From positions 257,955 to 321,954 of the forward strand of contig JAAOMT010000096.1 of assembly GCA_016748015.1 (NCBI GenBank): DNA of 64,000 nt, read 5' to 3'. The notes under the pieces were generated by a model. The model saw nothing but the letters and a program-made list of their open reading frames with translations, ran no database searches and had not been told where the DNA came from. Below, one piece after another: positions 1-11,290 of this stretch; the first letter of the stretch is position 1; each line of letters opens with the position of its first letter. Origin of the DNA: Geosiphon pyriformis uo1. Its lineage: Eukaryota; Fungi; Glomeromycota. The position numbers and the translations under genes are program-made.

Positions 1-1097
1 GATAAATACGATAAAGACTTTTGGATTATTTCAGGTATCGCCATTTTAGATTTTTGAAAGACCACCATTTGCTTGCCTTTCTTGAATCATCTATACAGCT
101 ATCGCGATTTCAAATTTTTACTTCTTAAATATTTTCAAAAAGTGCTGTTAATAGAATTGAAGCCAACTCTCTATTTTACGAGAAAGTATAATAGCTTATA
201 AAAATCGGTTAAAATTGTACCACGAAAAAACACATGTAACCATAACTTCCACAGTTTAATTGTTTTTCGTATGAAAAGTAGAAATTATACGCCAAAAAAA
301 AGTCATCTAGCATAGCTCCTTTTTATTGGTGGTTCCATAACCCCAATTGAAGATACTATTAGAATGCTTTTTAACAGCTGTACTCACACTAATCTAATCT
401 TAAAATTCAATTTTCAAACAGATGTTTTGTCTCTTGCAGAAAACTAAAAACGAATAGTATTATAATATTAAGAAATTAGTTTTTATATCAACTGAGACTG
501 AACCGTTGACGCAAAAACAGCTACAGGATTTATTAATTTTAACTTATAACTACTCAAAACTAAACTTTTTAAAAGTACAGATCTATTTTTTGCAAAAAAC
601 ATCTTAAAGCAAAATAGAAAACTTATTTTTTGAAAAGTATTCTGTTAAAAATCTTTATTTAAGTGTAATTGTTGAAATTTTTATCACAATCATTTAAGGA
701 TATGAAGGAAGCCCGTCGTCTTCAAGGGTTTCCACTCTAGAAGATTCACGGGGTTGAATTATTTGTTTCTTGGACAATGTTTTTTATATGCCCTTGTTTA
801 ATGGCCTCAGCTATCTTTTGCAATTTAATCGAGCCTCAATCGATTCTTCGTGCTACATTTTCATTTGATTAATTTAAAATAATCACTGGACCTATAACAT
901 TTATTAAGCAATGAGATATCTGAATTTAGAAAAAACTTTGCGTAAGATTAATATTTTATCCTCTTAATACAATGTAAAATAGTCTCTATTTTGGTCTCTA
1001 ATGTTAAATGCAAAATTTTAAGCTAGAAAAAGATAAAAAGGGTTTTGGGAGTTAAGATTATCCTCAGTTATATTTATCATTATAAGGAGGTCAATTC

Positions 1098-1492
1098 TCA
1101 GACTGTACCAGAAATAAAATTTCTTAATTGAGCTAAGTTTTGTATTGAATTTAAAAGATCCCGCTCTATGCTTGCAATTTGTTGTAAAAGGTCTTTTTGA
1201 TAGTATATTTGCCTTTGCTGTACCATTTGAGCTGAAGGATCGATAAATCTAGTATTCAAACCTTGCTGAATATATTGTACTTCCATATTTTGCGGAGTAG
1301 ATGACCGGTTAAATGAGTTCCTGATAGTTCTGGAGGTGCCGATGAAACATTAACTGCATGATGTTGACTTATATGATTCAAGCCGTTATAATTGAAGTTT
1401 TCATAACCGGTTTCAAGGGAAATATCCTGAATATTAGAAACAACACTAGGATTGTGAGATGAGGAGTTATCAAGTGAATAAGATGGATTCAT
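1098..1492 (-). pseudogene. Possible frameshifted orphan gene (two overlapping ORFs, 78 aa and 62 aa)
   Basis: ORF 1256..1492 (ATG, Ser/Asn/His-rich) overlaps ORF 1098..1286 (Gln-rich, coiled-coil-like end) in another frame. GC is higher than in the flanks. No recognisable domain. Confidence 0.3.
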
Positions 1493-3825
1493 TTTTATAA
1501 TCAGTATTACTGATTTGTGCTATACAAATCTGTGCAATTAAAAACCTATAAGAGTAAAAAAATTGATCTCAAAATTCAATCTAAAATATGTGTCTACAGT
1601 ATATGGTTTCTTTAAATTCATATTAATTAAAATAAAATATAAAATAATTTTTTTTTCAATATCCTAAATTGATATCAATAATTTCTGCAAAATAACAGCT
1701 GTTTTAATAATTTTGATGAACTATTTGAAAAAAATTTGCAAATCCAAAAAATATTTGATTATTTTTAACATTGATAAAATAAAATAGCGTTGATTTTTTT
1801 GAATTTATTTTAATAATATCAGCTATAATAATATATTTATTTGCTTTTAATCAAATTATATTGAAAAAGTTTTTTTGATCTTTTAAAAATACTAAAATAT
1901 TATCCAAAAGAATAACTTCAAATTAGTTTAAATATATTGAAAATTTTACTTATAAGTTACGAAAATAACATATTAAAAAGGTAATAATAACTGATGTTGA
2001 TTGGATTTGAAAGTTATTAATAAAATAAATTATAGGTATAGCTATTAATAATTTAAAAAATTATATTAGACATTATAATATATAGAAAATAATAGTAATA
2101 ATTAATTAAATAATATTAATGCAAACATAACAAATAAATATTATATATTTGATATTAATTCTATTTTATTAATACAATAATATTCATAAAAATAACATTT
2201 AAAATTTAATAGAAAGCTTTTTACATGTTTTATTAAACTATTATTTATTTATTATAAAACATACATATATTTTATAATAAATGTTCTTTATATACTTTTT
2301 ACATATAATCAGCTATTTAAAATAACTTGAAAAGTAAACAACTTGTTATTAATTAATGAACAAAAAATAATATTTTTCAAAATCAACTTTATTCACTTCA
2401 AATGATTACAATTAAGTAAACAAAACATAAATAATAAATACTTTATCACAATTAAACGAACTCAAATCAATATTATTGTTAAAGCAATATAATTTAACTG
2501 TTGAGCAAAATTCAATATTTATTTATTATGCATTATTTATTTAAACCAAAGTCGAAAATCAACAAGACTGTTACAGATTAAAGTAACAAGTTAATATATA
2601 GCAATTTAAATATGTAAGCAATTAAATTAATGTAATCAGTTTCAAAATTGCAGTTGTTAATTTATTCAAAAATATCAGAAAGTAAAAAAATAATATAGCT
2701 GTTATAATTTTATGCTTCAATAACAGATTTTAATTATTTTTGTTATTTATCAAAAATTACAAAAGCAAAAATTTGTAAGTGCTAACCAAAAAGTTTAAGA
2801 ATAACTAGATAATAAAATACATTAATCATTTTAAAGATCAAATTTTTTTGATGCTCTCCAATTTAAATTTTTAAAATAGTTAACACTAAAACTATTATAC
2901 AAAAAAGGAATTACATATAGACTTTATCAAAAGAAAAGTCTTTCAAACAATACTTGACTGAATCTCAAGAAAAAACAATCTATTTGCCCCCTTTATGCAT
3001 AAATTTACTGGACAATCCCCTTTTTTTAACATTTAACTGGTTTCAGTTGCGCGTGCGTGCGCTGTTACTTCTAGCTCATTAAACTAATTCGTCGAGTACA
3101 GGTAACTAAACGCAATTTTATAAATCAGCTTGAAATGGTAAACAAGTAAGACCTCCAAGTGGCCTAAAGTAGAAAGCAACAAAACAAAACTGAGGGGATC
3201 TCATCCTCGGCTAGAATCTCTTGATTGTCCTCATAACTAGGTGGGCAAGAAACAGTAAAGAAGGAAAGACGTATTAATCAGTGGAGCGGTCCGGTTGGCG
3301 AATAATGGCTTTTGGGAATTGAAGTTCTGAACAGATCATGAGATCGAGTTAAGTGAGGAACTCGTCAAGACCTTTACTGTAAAAGGACGTCTTTGACAGA
3401 ATAAGAGTATCAGGTCATCATTAGTTGGGCCAACTGGTTTGCATCAACAGTGCCGTTGCCTGTACTATCCATGAGTTGCGAGTCCATAAAATTTTTGCAA
3501 ATTTTATTGTAGAACGAGTGTTGTCTTTAAATCAATTTTAGGGTTAAGATTGCAAATTAGAAGATTCTAGAATTCTTTATTATCCTATTCTGATGAATAT
3601 TACTTGAGGAAGTGTGGAACAGGAAGTGATAGCTGTTTCCCTTTTCATAAAACGCATGATAGCTACATTTTAATTTAAAGCGCAATTTTCCAGATGATGG
3701 TTTCAAATTAAATTAAAAACATAAACATTTTTTGAGAGCACATTTGGATAAATGATCAAAAAAGTTAAATAAACTTGCTAAAAATTTTTCTTTGATTTAA
3801 AATACAAATTAGCTGATATTGAATT

Positions 3826-4221
3826 TCAATTGCCAAAGCCAAAGACCCACCAAGGATTCCACCACCAAGGGACACAATAAGCTTTAGCACAACTCCAGCA
3901 GGTTTTCGGTTTAACCACACATTTCTTATTTTTCTTTTGACAATACAAAGTTTGCCACCAACTACAGTATGGTGATACCCAAGGGCACAAAGTGCATTGC
4001 GGCCAATAGCTGCTGCTCGCTTGTATATTTTTATTTGAATTTCCATTCACGCTTTCATCTGCTTGACCTATATTTTCTGGTAATGGAGTCTCATCCAATG
4101 GTACAAGAACATTGTCAGGGTTTGGAGGGCCTTGAGCTGTAACCATGGTCACGGTGTTGACAACGATTAAAGCCAAAAGGAAAATAGCCACAAAAAATAA
4201 ATTCAAAGTTTTTTTGTTCAT
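3826..4221 (-). CDS. Small secreted cysteine/tryptophan-rich protein (131 aa) with an Opy2-like 8-Cys domain
   Basis: Intact single-exon ATG..stop ORF. Basic N-terminus plus hydrophobic signal peptide (MNKKTLNLFFVAIFLLALIVVNTVTMVTA/QG), acidic Pro-rich spacer, then C-X2-C-X6-C-X7-C-X6-C-X6-C-X2-C-X4-C. The end CVVKPKTCWSCAKAYC resembles the fungal Opy2 N-terminal Cys domain. A TATA box lies upstream. Confidence 0.85.
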   Translation of the reverse strand: MNKKTLNLFFVAIFLLALIVVNTVTMVTAQGPPNPDNVLVPLDETPLPENIGQADESVNGNSNKNIQASSSYWPQCTLCPWVSPYCSWWQTLYCQKKNKKCVVKPKTCWSCAKAYCVPWWWNPWWVFGFGN

Positions 4222-4310
4222 TTCTGAAAGATTGTTTGAAACTAACAGTTTAAATTTTTTTACTTTGGTTCTGTTTTCAAGAATGATTTGAAATTTGATG
4301 GATTGAAGGG

Positions 4311-4320
4311 TTTTTATATA
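4311..4320 (-). promoter_or_regulatory. Putative TATA box of the secreted-peptide gene
   Basis: TATATAAAAA on the minus strand ~90 nt upstream of the ATG at 4221. Confidence 0.5.
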
Positions 4321-4822
4321 GCGAATTTAGAAATATAAAAGATAAAAATTTTATTGTTGTGAGTATTAAAATCAACTAAAAGATAGGCTACATTTGGCGT
4401 AAATTTCATTGTCGTTAAATTTTGTAAACTATGAAAATTAAAAAATTTAGAATAGGTTATCGAGTTTTTAAGTAAACCTCAACTTCCTAGTAGGAGTATA
4501 AAAAAATAGAATTGGTTTAAAATTTCTAAAACCAATAGAGATTTATGATGGTAAAATTTTTAAAATTTTCGCAATGAGAGTTTAATGGCTTCTAAAAATA
4601 AAATTGTTCCCCATTCCCATTTTCACAAAAGGAAATTTTGATTGAAAACCTCGATCATTGTTGTGGGAAACCCACATGAACAATTTTAGATTTTGAAGAA
4701 TTAGTCTATCATAATTTCCTTTCAAATAAAAACAATCTGTTTGATAATATTTGCATTATTAATTTGACTCTTCTTTTAAGGTTTAGCCTAAATTTGGTTA
4801 GTATAGTTGCTTGACTGTTTGC

Positions 4823-4844
4823 ATATATATATATATATATATAT
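4823..4844. repeat. (TA)n microsatellite
   Basis: Directly visible. Confidence 0.9.
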
Positions 4845-5770
4845 TATTATTATAAGGCTACATTTTGGCTAATTTATAGAAAACTTGCTTTTTTCGGAAA
4901 TCAAAGAGTGAAATATAATTTTAGAATTATATTAAAGTCAAAATTTTCCTTAAAATATGACCTTTACAAATTAATAGTTGCCACTCCGAATGAAATTTGG
5001 TTATTTTTTTCATAGAAACATCTGCAAGATTTATTTGTGAATATTTGCTCAAAGAAAAATGCCGCATATGAATTTACGCCAGAGAATGTGATATTTGATA
5101 TTATAAGATGCAAATCAATTTTTTGGTCACTTGCAGGTTTTTTTCATGATTCTAAATTATTTTTAGAATCTAAAAGATGCCTTTCAATTATGTCTGTGAA
5201 AAATTGCTGTAAAATTTGTCTTAAAACTTCCATAATTTGTTGTCATGATTGAAAATTTTAATTTACGTCCCACGAATTCGTACATAGGCCAACAGTGTTT
5301 ATGAAAATTTATATGTTAAATTAATTCTTTTAAAAACTTTCAATATGATTAACCTTTCGTCAAAGAAAGTCGCTTTCAAAATAACATTTTTTTTAAAATT
5401 CAAGTTTTAAAATTTTTAAGATCAAATTTAAAGCAAAAATTTTATATTGTAATGAATTTACCTTGAATAATTGGTTTAAATTGTTCTTTACAACTTCCTG
5501 CAAAATAACTTTCCACGCGACCATAAAATGCTCTACTTTCCTATTGACTATAACTTACAAAATTTTGATAGGATTTAGGTTGGGACAGTGGAATGGCTGA
5601 GAAAGTTTTCTTGAAAGAATTTTCGAGTTTACAACAGATATGCTTGACCAATTGTTGCCTAAAATCTTATCTCACCTTTGTTACATAGTTCAAATAAATT
5701 TTATCTAGACTTTCATTACATATTTTTTATATACATTTAAATTATTGAAATAAATTTTAAGATTTCTATT

Positions 5771-5820
5771 TTTAATTATTTTTAATTATTTTCAATTATT
5801 TTCAATTATTTTCAATTATT
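5771..5820. repeat. 10-bp tandem repeat TTYAATTATT x5
   Basis: tttaattatt x2 followed by ttcaattatt x3. Confidence 0.85.
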
Positions 5821-5899
5821 TTTTGTAAGTTTATTTAGGCTGTTATTAAAGGATATAAATAATTATTAAATTTGATCTTATGTTAAAAATCAAGTTACC

Positions 5900-6579
5900 T
5901 AATGCACTCAAACTCCTGTAAAATCAAAGGTAAAGTCGTTAAGTACTCTTGACTCAATGTTCACCCGCAATATCACCGAAATCGCTTAAGTAACTGGTGT
6001 TTTCTTCGCTCCTATCAACGCTATGTCGCCCTACTTTTCAATAGCAAATTTCTCCAGGTTGAGAAAATCGTTCACGAAAATCATTTCGTTACTGCAGCGA
6101 GAATCAAAGCGTTCAAAGAAATGCATACAGGTTTAAAGTTGGCAAATAAACTGCTTAAAATAAGCTTTCATTGTAAGTCTATCTAAGCATGTCACTCACC
6201 TCCAAGCAAGACCTCCATGTCGTGTTTTGCCATGGCCATAATGTAGTTATCATTGAAAATTTTTAGGCTGTTTCGAAGCATAATGTGGAGAAAAAAGTAA
6301 AAGAAATGGTAGAAAAAAATGGTCTCTAGAGGTTTTTATTGAGAGTAAAAAAGAATGGGCAAATCATCCAGAGGAGTGATATTTATTAATATTGATAACA
6401 TGCTTGCACATATTCAGGCTTGTGTAAATCCAGAAGGAGGCCATACTAAACATTAGTTTCTATATATATCATAGCATTGGTATTAAAATATTTTGAATGA
6501 TAAGTTTTTCTGGGTTTGTATTTAAAAAAATTGTGTAATCCAAAAGAGTTGTTCTCCATTACTTCCCGCCAGGGCTGTA
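5900..6579 (+). mobile_element. Internally deleted Tc1/mariner DNA transposon relic
   Basis: Frame fragments NITEIA*VTGV / RSYQRYVALL (HTH-like), EKIVHENHFVTAARIKA, VLPWP (6224-6238), IENF*AVSKHNVEKK (from 6252; cf. WPxxSPDLNPIENLW) and IDNMLAHIQACVNPEGGHTKH* (6391-6456; cf. the Tc1 C-terminus ...GGHTKY*). The right end ...CCCGCCAGGGCTG-TA at 6577/6579 fits a CAG-initiated TIR plus TA target. The left TIR was not found. Confidence 0.8.
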
Positions 6580-7559
6580 TTTGAAGTATTTTGGGCTAAA
6601 TTTTCAAAAGAAACCGTCTTTTGAGAACAAGTTAAGTTTCCTAGGGAAAAACAGCTTATGTGATCATATTTTGTGGTATTTATATGATCGCTTATGATGT
6701 TTATTTAAATGTCTATTTTTTTCACCATAATTTCTAGTGTTTTTAAAACTTTTATGATTATAGGTTTAACCTTATTGAAAAGAAAAAATGCTGTTGATTA
6801 ATTATCTCCTTTGAGTTTTTTTTGAAAAGATTTTAAAAGTTAGCAATTAGATTTTATTATTATTTACAAAAAAATACAATTCATAAAGCATTGTTAACCC
6901 ATAAGTTGTATCTAAATAAAATTGCTTTCTTACTTAAAATTTTCTAACTCTGTTTTTGGTAAGAATATTTTTGATTTTTTCGTTTTATTGTAAGTTTTAA
7001 GAAATAAAAAAGTTTATTTTCAAAATTAAATATCTCCAATAATAACAAAATAATATTCAGCAATTTTAAAATTATTAGAAAAACGATCTACCAAAGGGCA
7101 AAAAGGGTCATTGAAAATTTAATGAATTGGTAAACTTCATGACCAAAGCTAAACTATAAATACAGCCAAAAATTTCTTTCCTGAAAGATGGTGGTTGCAT
7201 TCTTTAAATTTGGATATTTTCGTGATTCGGTTATCATTTTGGTCTAAATTCTATGTTTAAATTACCTTCATTTATTTATTGCATCAAGATATGACCATTT
7301 GAAGACAACAGATTCGATATTATCTTAATAAAAAGATTTCATCGAGCTTTCACGAAAAAGCAATTGAAAACAATTGTACTAAGAGACATTACAGGAGTTG
7401 TCAAGCCAAGTGGATCACTTGAATAGACTGGATTTGCTTTGAATATGCAAATTTCTGGAGAAGTAACTGGAAAACTGATCATAGGTCGTAAGTAATATTC
7501 TTTGCTTGTTAATTTCAATTAATAGTTCTAGTTACTTAATTGAATTTGATAATAGTGTT

Positions 7560-8400
7560 ACAGTTTAAAATTTCCTTTTTCTTTAACATAGTATTTTATT
7601 TTTAAATTATATTAATCCTTTATTAGCAATTGATATCACATATTTTAGCCACATATTTGTAGAATTAGTCATTAACTTGATTATTGACCTAATCCTTGAC
7701 TTGTTTATTGACTGAATTGTTGACCTGATTATTGACCAAACTGTTGATTTAATCATTAACTTGGTCAACCATCCTTTTTAAAAGATATATAAACAAGACT
7801 CGCTACCATTTGAATATCACCAATTCAATTTACTTTTTTATCTTTCTCATATTTGTTTTCCTTTTTGATCTGGTATCTTTGGATAAAAGATTACAATTCC
7901 TTTCTCTTAATTTCTATTTATTGTTAGTTTAATAAGAAGTATTCTTGAATAAACAACTGATACCTGTTATTGAGTTTTAAGAGCACCAATTAAAGAATAG
8001 AATTATAGCAGTTATGTTATTTTTTATTAACAATACAAACTATTTTCCACCTTGAAATTTTTTCAAAAAAATTAGTGGTTGTGATTTTATGAGATTAATA
8101 TATTAATTGAATCCTTTACTCATTTAATTTGCTTCTTTGATTAAATTTATTTCAATTGGTTTCATTGCCAGACAATACTTGTTTTCTTTGTTATTTTATC
8201 CCAAAATTTAACAATATAACTCCCAAATTTTTAATATTTGTGTTTATAAATATATTTTTGGTTGTGTTATTTAAACACTAGACTTAACAACAAACTTGTA
8301 TAATGCTTAGTATTAATAATGCTATAATCAAAGTATTTTATTCAATTTAGTAATCTTTTAGTAAATTTTGTTATAGTTTAACCAAATGTAAGCTAATATT
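7560..8400 (-). repeat. Unclassified degraded repeat family ('family X'), least-mutated copy
   Basis: 8105-8185 aligns by eye with 60381-60460 and 63012-63092. The minus strand reads as a stop-riddled ORF (QVLSGNET*NKFNQRSKLNE...) ending in GQQ/SQQ-type tandem codons. Confidence 0.55.
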
Positions 8401-8431
8401 AAAAAAATTAATAACAAATAAAGACATATCG

Positions 8432-8877
8432 TATATGACCGAAAAGAAGAAACCTATTTTTGTGATCATCAAGCCCTCTAAAATGGAAAGTTTCTTATGG
8501 TTCGAATCTTTCACGTATATAATAGTACAAATAATCAACAGAAAAAAAGTCTCTTTTTTGCTTTTTCTGTTTTTTTATATATTATTTCAGATGCACTTTA
8601 ATGAATTAAAAGTAATAATTAAAATATAGATATAGTAAAATTAAATATTGAAGATTATAAAAAAATAGTATATTAAAAGAAAATAAATATATTATTTTTA
8701 GTATTAATAAGTATTAAATATTAAATATTAATATTGACAAATTTTATATTATGATAGGATTATAAATTATTTAAAAAAAATTAAAGGTTTCTTATTTTCA
8801 AACTTATTATTATTTTATAAATTTTTTCTGAAGCTAAAAGTTTTTTATTTTCGAGGATTACCTATTTTGGTCATATA
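8432..8877. mobile_element. Possible MITE-like element with imperfect terminal inverted repeats
   Basis: TATATGACCGAAA at 8432 versus reverse-complement TATATGACCAAAA ending at 8877, with weaker inward similarity (CCTCnAAAAT). The interior is AT-rich and non-coding. Confidence 0.3.
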
Positions 8878-10439
8878 AAGTAAAAATATTAAATCAACAA
8901 TTATTTTTCGTATATGATTATATAAGACATTTTTATTTTATTCGTATTTTAATATTTACAGCCACTGTTACTGGTATAATTTTTATATTTTTCTCTCTGT
9001 TTTGTATTTATTTTGTGAAAAATAATTCCAATTGCTTTCTAGCTCTAGCAGTGAAAGGTCTTTTAAGTATAATAACTTAACTTAGAAGGTTGTTAATTAG
9101 TTTAAAGAGTCATAATATAACTGTTAATTTTTAGTGAATTTTGAGTACTTTTTTTTTATGTGTCCAAACTCAATAATAGAGTGGTCAATCCAAAAGTAAA
9201 AAATATAAATAAAATAAATTTAGAATGTTAATTTCCAATCTTAATTTCAAACCAGTTTTGCAAGCTGTTCATTTTGAATTATTAGATCTCAGTTTAAAAC
9301 GGGGTTTAAAATGGTTTAATATTTAAAAATTTAACAATTAATCTACCAAAGATTAATTGGGTTTTTAGGTTTATCAAAATTTAAAGACCAATAATAATAT
9401 TTAAGCAGAGAAAGAAATAATTGTTTTAACATTAATTATTTCATAGAAAATTAAAGAATCACATTTTAAAATGTTATTTTTTGAATTTAGAACATTAAAA
9501 GAAATTTATTTTATAATTGGTTTTTAAATAAGAATTTGTAAATATTTGAAAAAAGAATTTGAAAAATTCGAAATTAATAAAAGTTGTTATTTTACTTTAA
9601 AACTATTTATATACCGTTTTTTTGAAAAAATTTCAATGTTTTGTTATTGGTCTAATTGTTGTTTTTAATTATTTTCTTAATGGGGCTAATTTACTGTTAA
9701 GAATTTATTTTAATAACTTTTTTAAACGTCCTCAATTTTATTAATTTAATATTTGTATAATTTTTTGTCCTGTTGGCATGTTTTTTAAATATATAATAAA
9801 TTAAAATTTATGATAAATTATTTTCAAGTGTAAAATTTTCAAGTTTAACTTATTTGAAAAAATTGAAAAAAGTGTAATAAAAATTATTTTTTTGCTTAAT
9901 ATATTACTTAACATTTTAATTGACATTTTTAACTATTAGATAAAGTAAATATTAGTTAAACTGTTTGAATTAAACCATTTTCTAGATGACTATATTTTAA
10001 TTCTATTTTATAAATTTGTAAATATATTTTAATATTTTTGAAAATAGTAAATATTTTGAAAAGTATAAAAAATGTTTTAACCAAATTTTTAAATCTTCAA
10101 ATATGTTACTGTTGATGTTGTTTTTGATTAAGTTATGCAATATTCGAAAAACCATTTTTATATTTTTTTGATATCTCAAATTTTTTGTGGTTATATTTAT
10201 TAACTTTTAATTAAAAGTAGTTGTTGGTTTGTTGTTTTTCAAGTTTTTTTAATTAAAAAACCGTAAATATTATCAAAATTATTATTAAAACATTTATTTT
10301 TTAAAAAGAAAAAGCTTTTAAGAATTATTCAAAAGTTTAAAATTATTAAATTCTAAATTAATTTTAATAAAAGTAGTAGTTAATTGATTAATTCTAATTA
10401 AAACAAAAACTAATTTCAAAAGTAATTTTAATTTGGTTA

Positions 10440-11290
10440 AACGGTGTTTCAAGGGTCTGTATGAAATCTTAATTACGCAACATGAGAAATGGAACAGGCA
10501 CAAAAACGTATGGACAATGAGGTAGCGAATATTGTGGACTGGGAGATAAACATGGAAGTTTGATACCTGGACTCCGCCTTTGAAATTGGAGATCACAAGC
10601 AAGAAGTCAGCAGGTTTTCGCAGATACGCGATGAAGGCTCTATACAGCTTGTTGCCAGGCACTGAAAGGAAAAAAATTTACAAAAGTATTTCAGCTTCAA
10701 ATATTTCAAATGTGGCCATGTTGAGTCATTAGATCATGTCTTAGGTGTTGTGCTAACATGGAGGTAAGAGTGTCCATTTTGTGTGGATGCGAAATTTCTA
10801 AATCTGTGGTTGGCAAACATTGATATAATTTGGCTATTTGGCTGTTTTGAGAGGTTCTGAGTCAAGAATTTATGCTAAAACTCGTGCGAGAACATGAATG
10901 ACGCTGGCCAAGAGATTCGTTTTCAAGGCTTAGGACGTAGATTCATATAAGGCTTTCAGCTGCCAAAATTGGCCATAGTAAAGATTGTGGAATTTGTCAG
11001 GATCATGGATATAGAAAAGAAGTGATTTCAGTTGGAGAAAGATGGTTTGATTGAGGATGAGGATGCTGAAATTATCAATCCTGTGATAGTTTCAATAAGG
11101 AAATTTTGCATATGGTGGTAAGGTGTGGCATTTTATTAGTGGAATGGGTTTGAGGAAAGGTTACAAATGGTCTCGAATGCTACTAGTATGTTAGGTAAAA
11201 GTTTGCTAATTTTGCCTTGATATGTAGAAAGCACATGAGTCATGTTTTAATATAAAATATGTAACTGTTATGCATTTAAAAAAATATATT
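10440..11290 (+). mobile_element. 5'-truncated non-LTR retrotransposon (LINE) 3' fragment
   Basis: KKSAGFRRYAMKALYSLLP (10601-10657) and YFKCGHVESLDHV (10702-10740) match the ORF2 C-terminal region and CCHC finger of the LINE at 45-52 kb (TAGFWTYFMKTLH...CLFCGNIEVLNHVFSC). It is frameshifted and has an A-rich end near 11280. Confidence 0.75.

Noticed and set aside
3410-3487. 25-codon minus-strand ORF MDSQLMDSTGNGTVDANQLAQLMMT resembling an EF-hand loop
   Set aside because: Too short, position 12 is Gln rather than Glu, and there is no partner EF-hand or splice continuation; probably chance.
3765-4046. Alternative-frame ORF overlapping the secreted-peptide gene
   Set aside because: Shadow frame of the real gene with no independent features.
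9760-9800. FCPVGMFFKY reminiscent of Crypton tyrosine-recombinase CPV motif
   Set aside because: A single short motif with no other catalytic residues readable in the degraded flanks.
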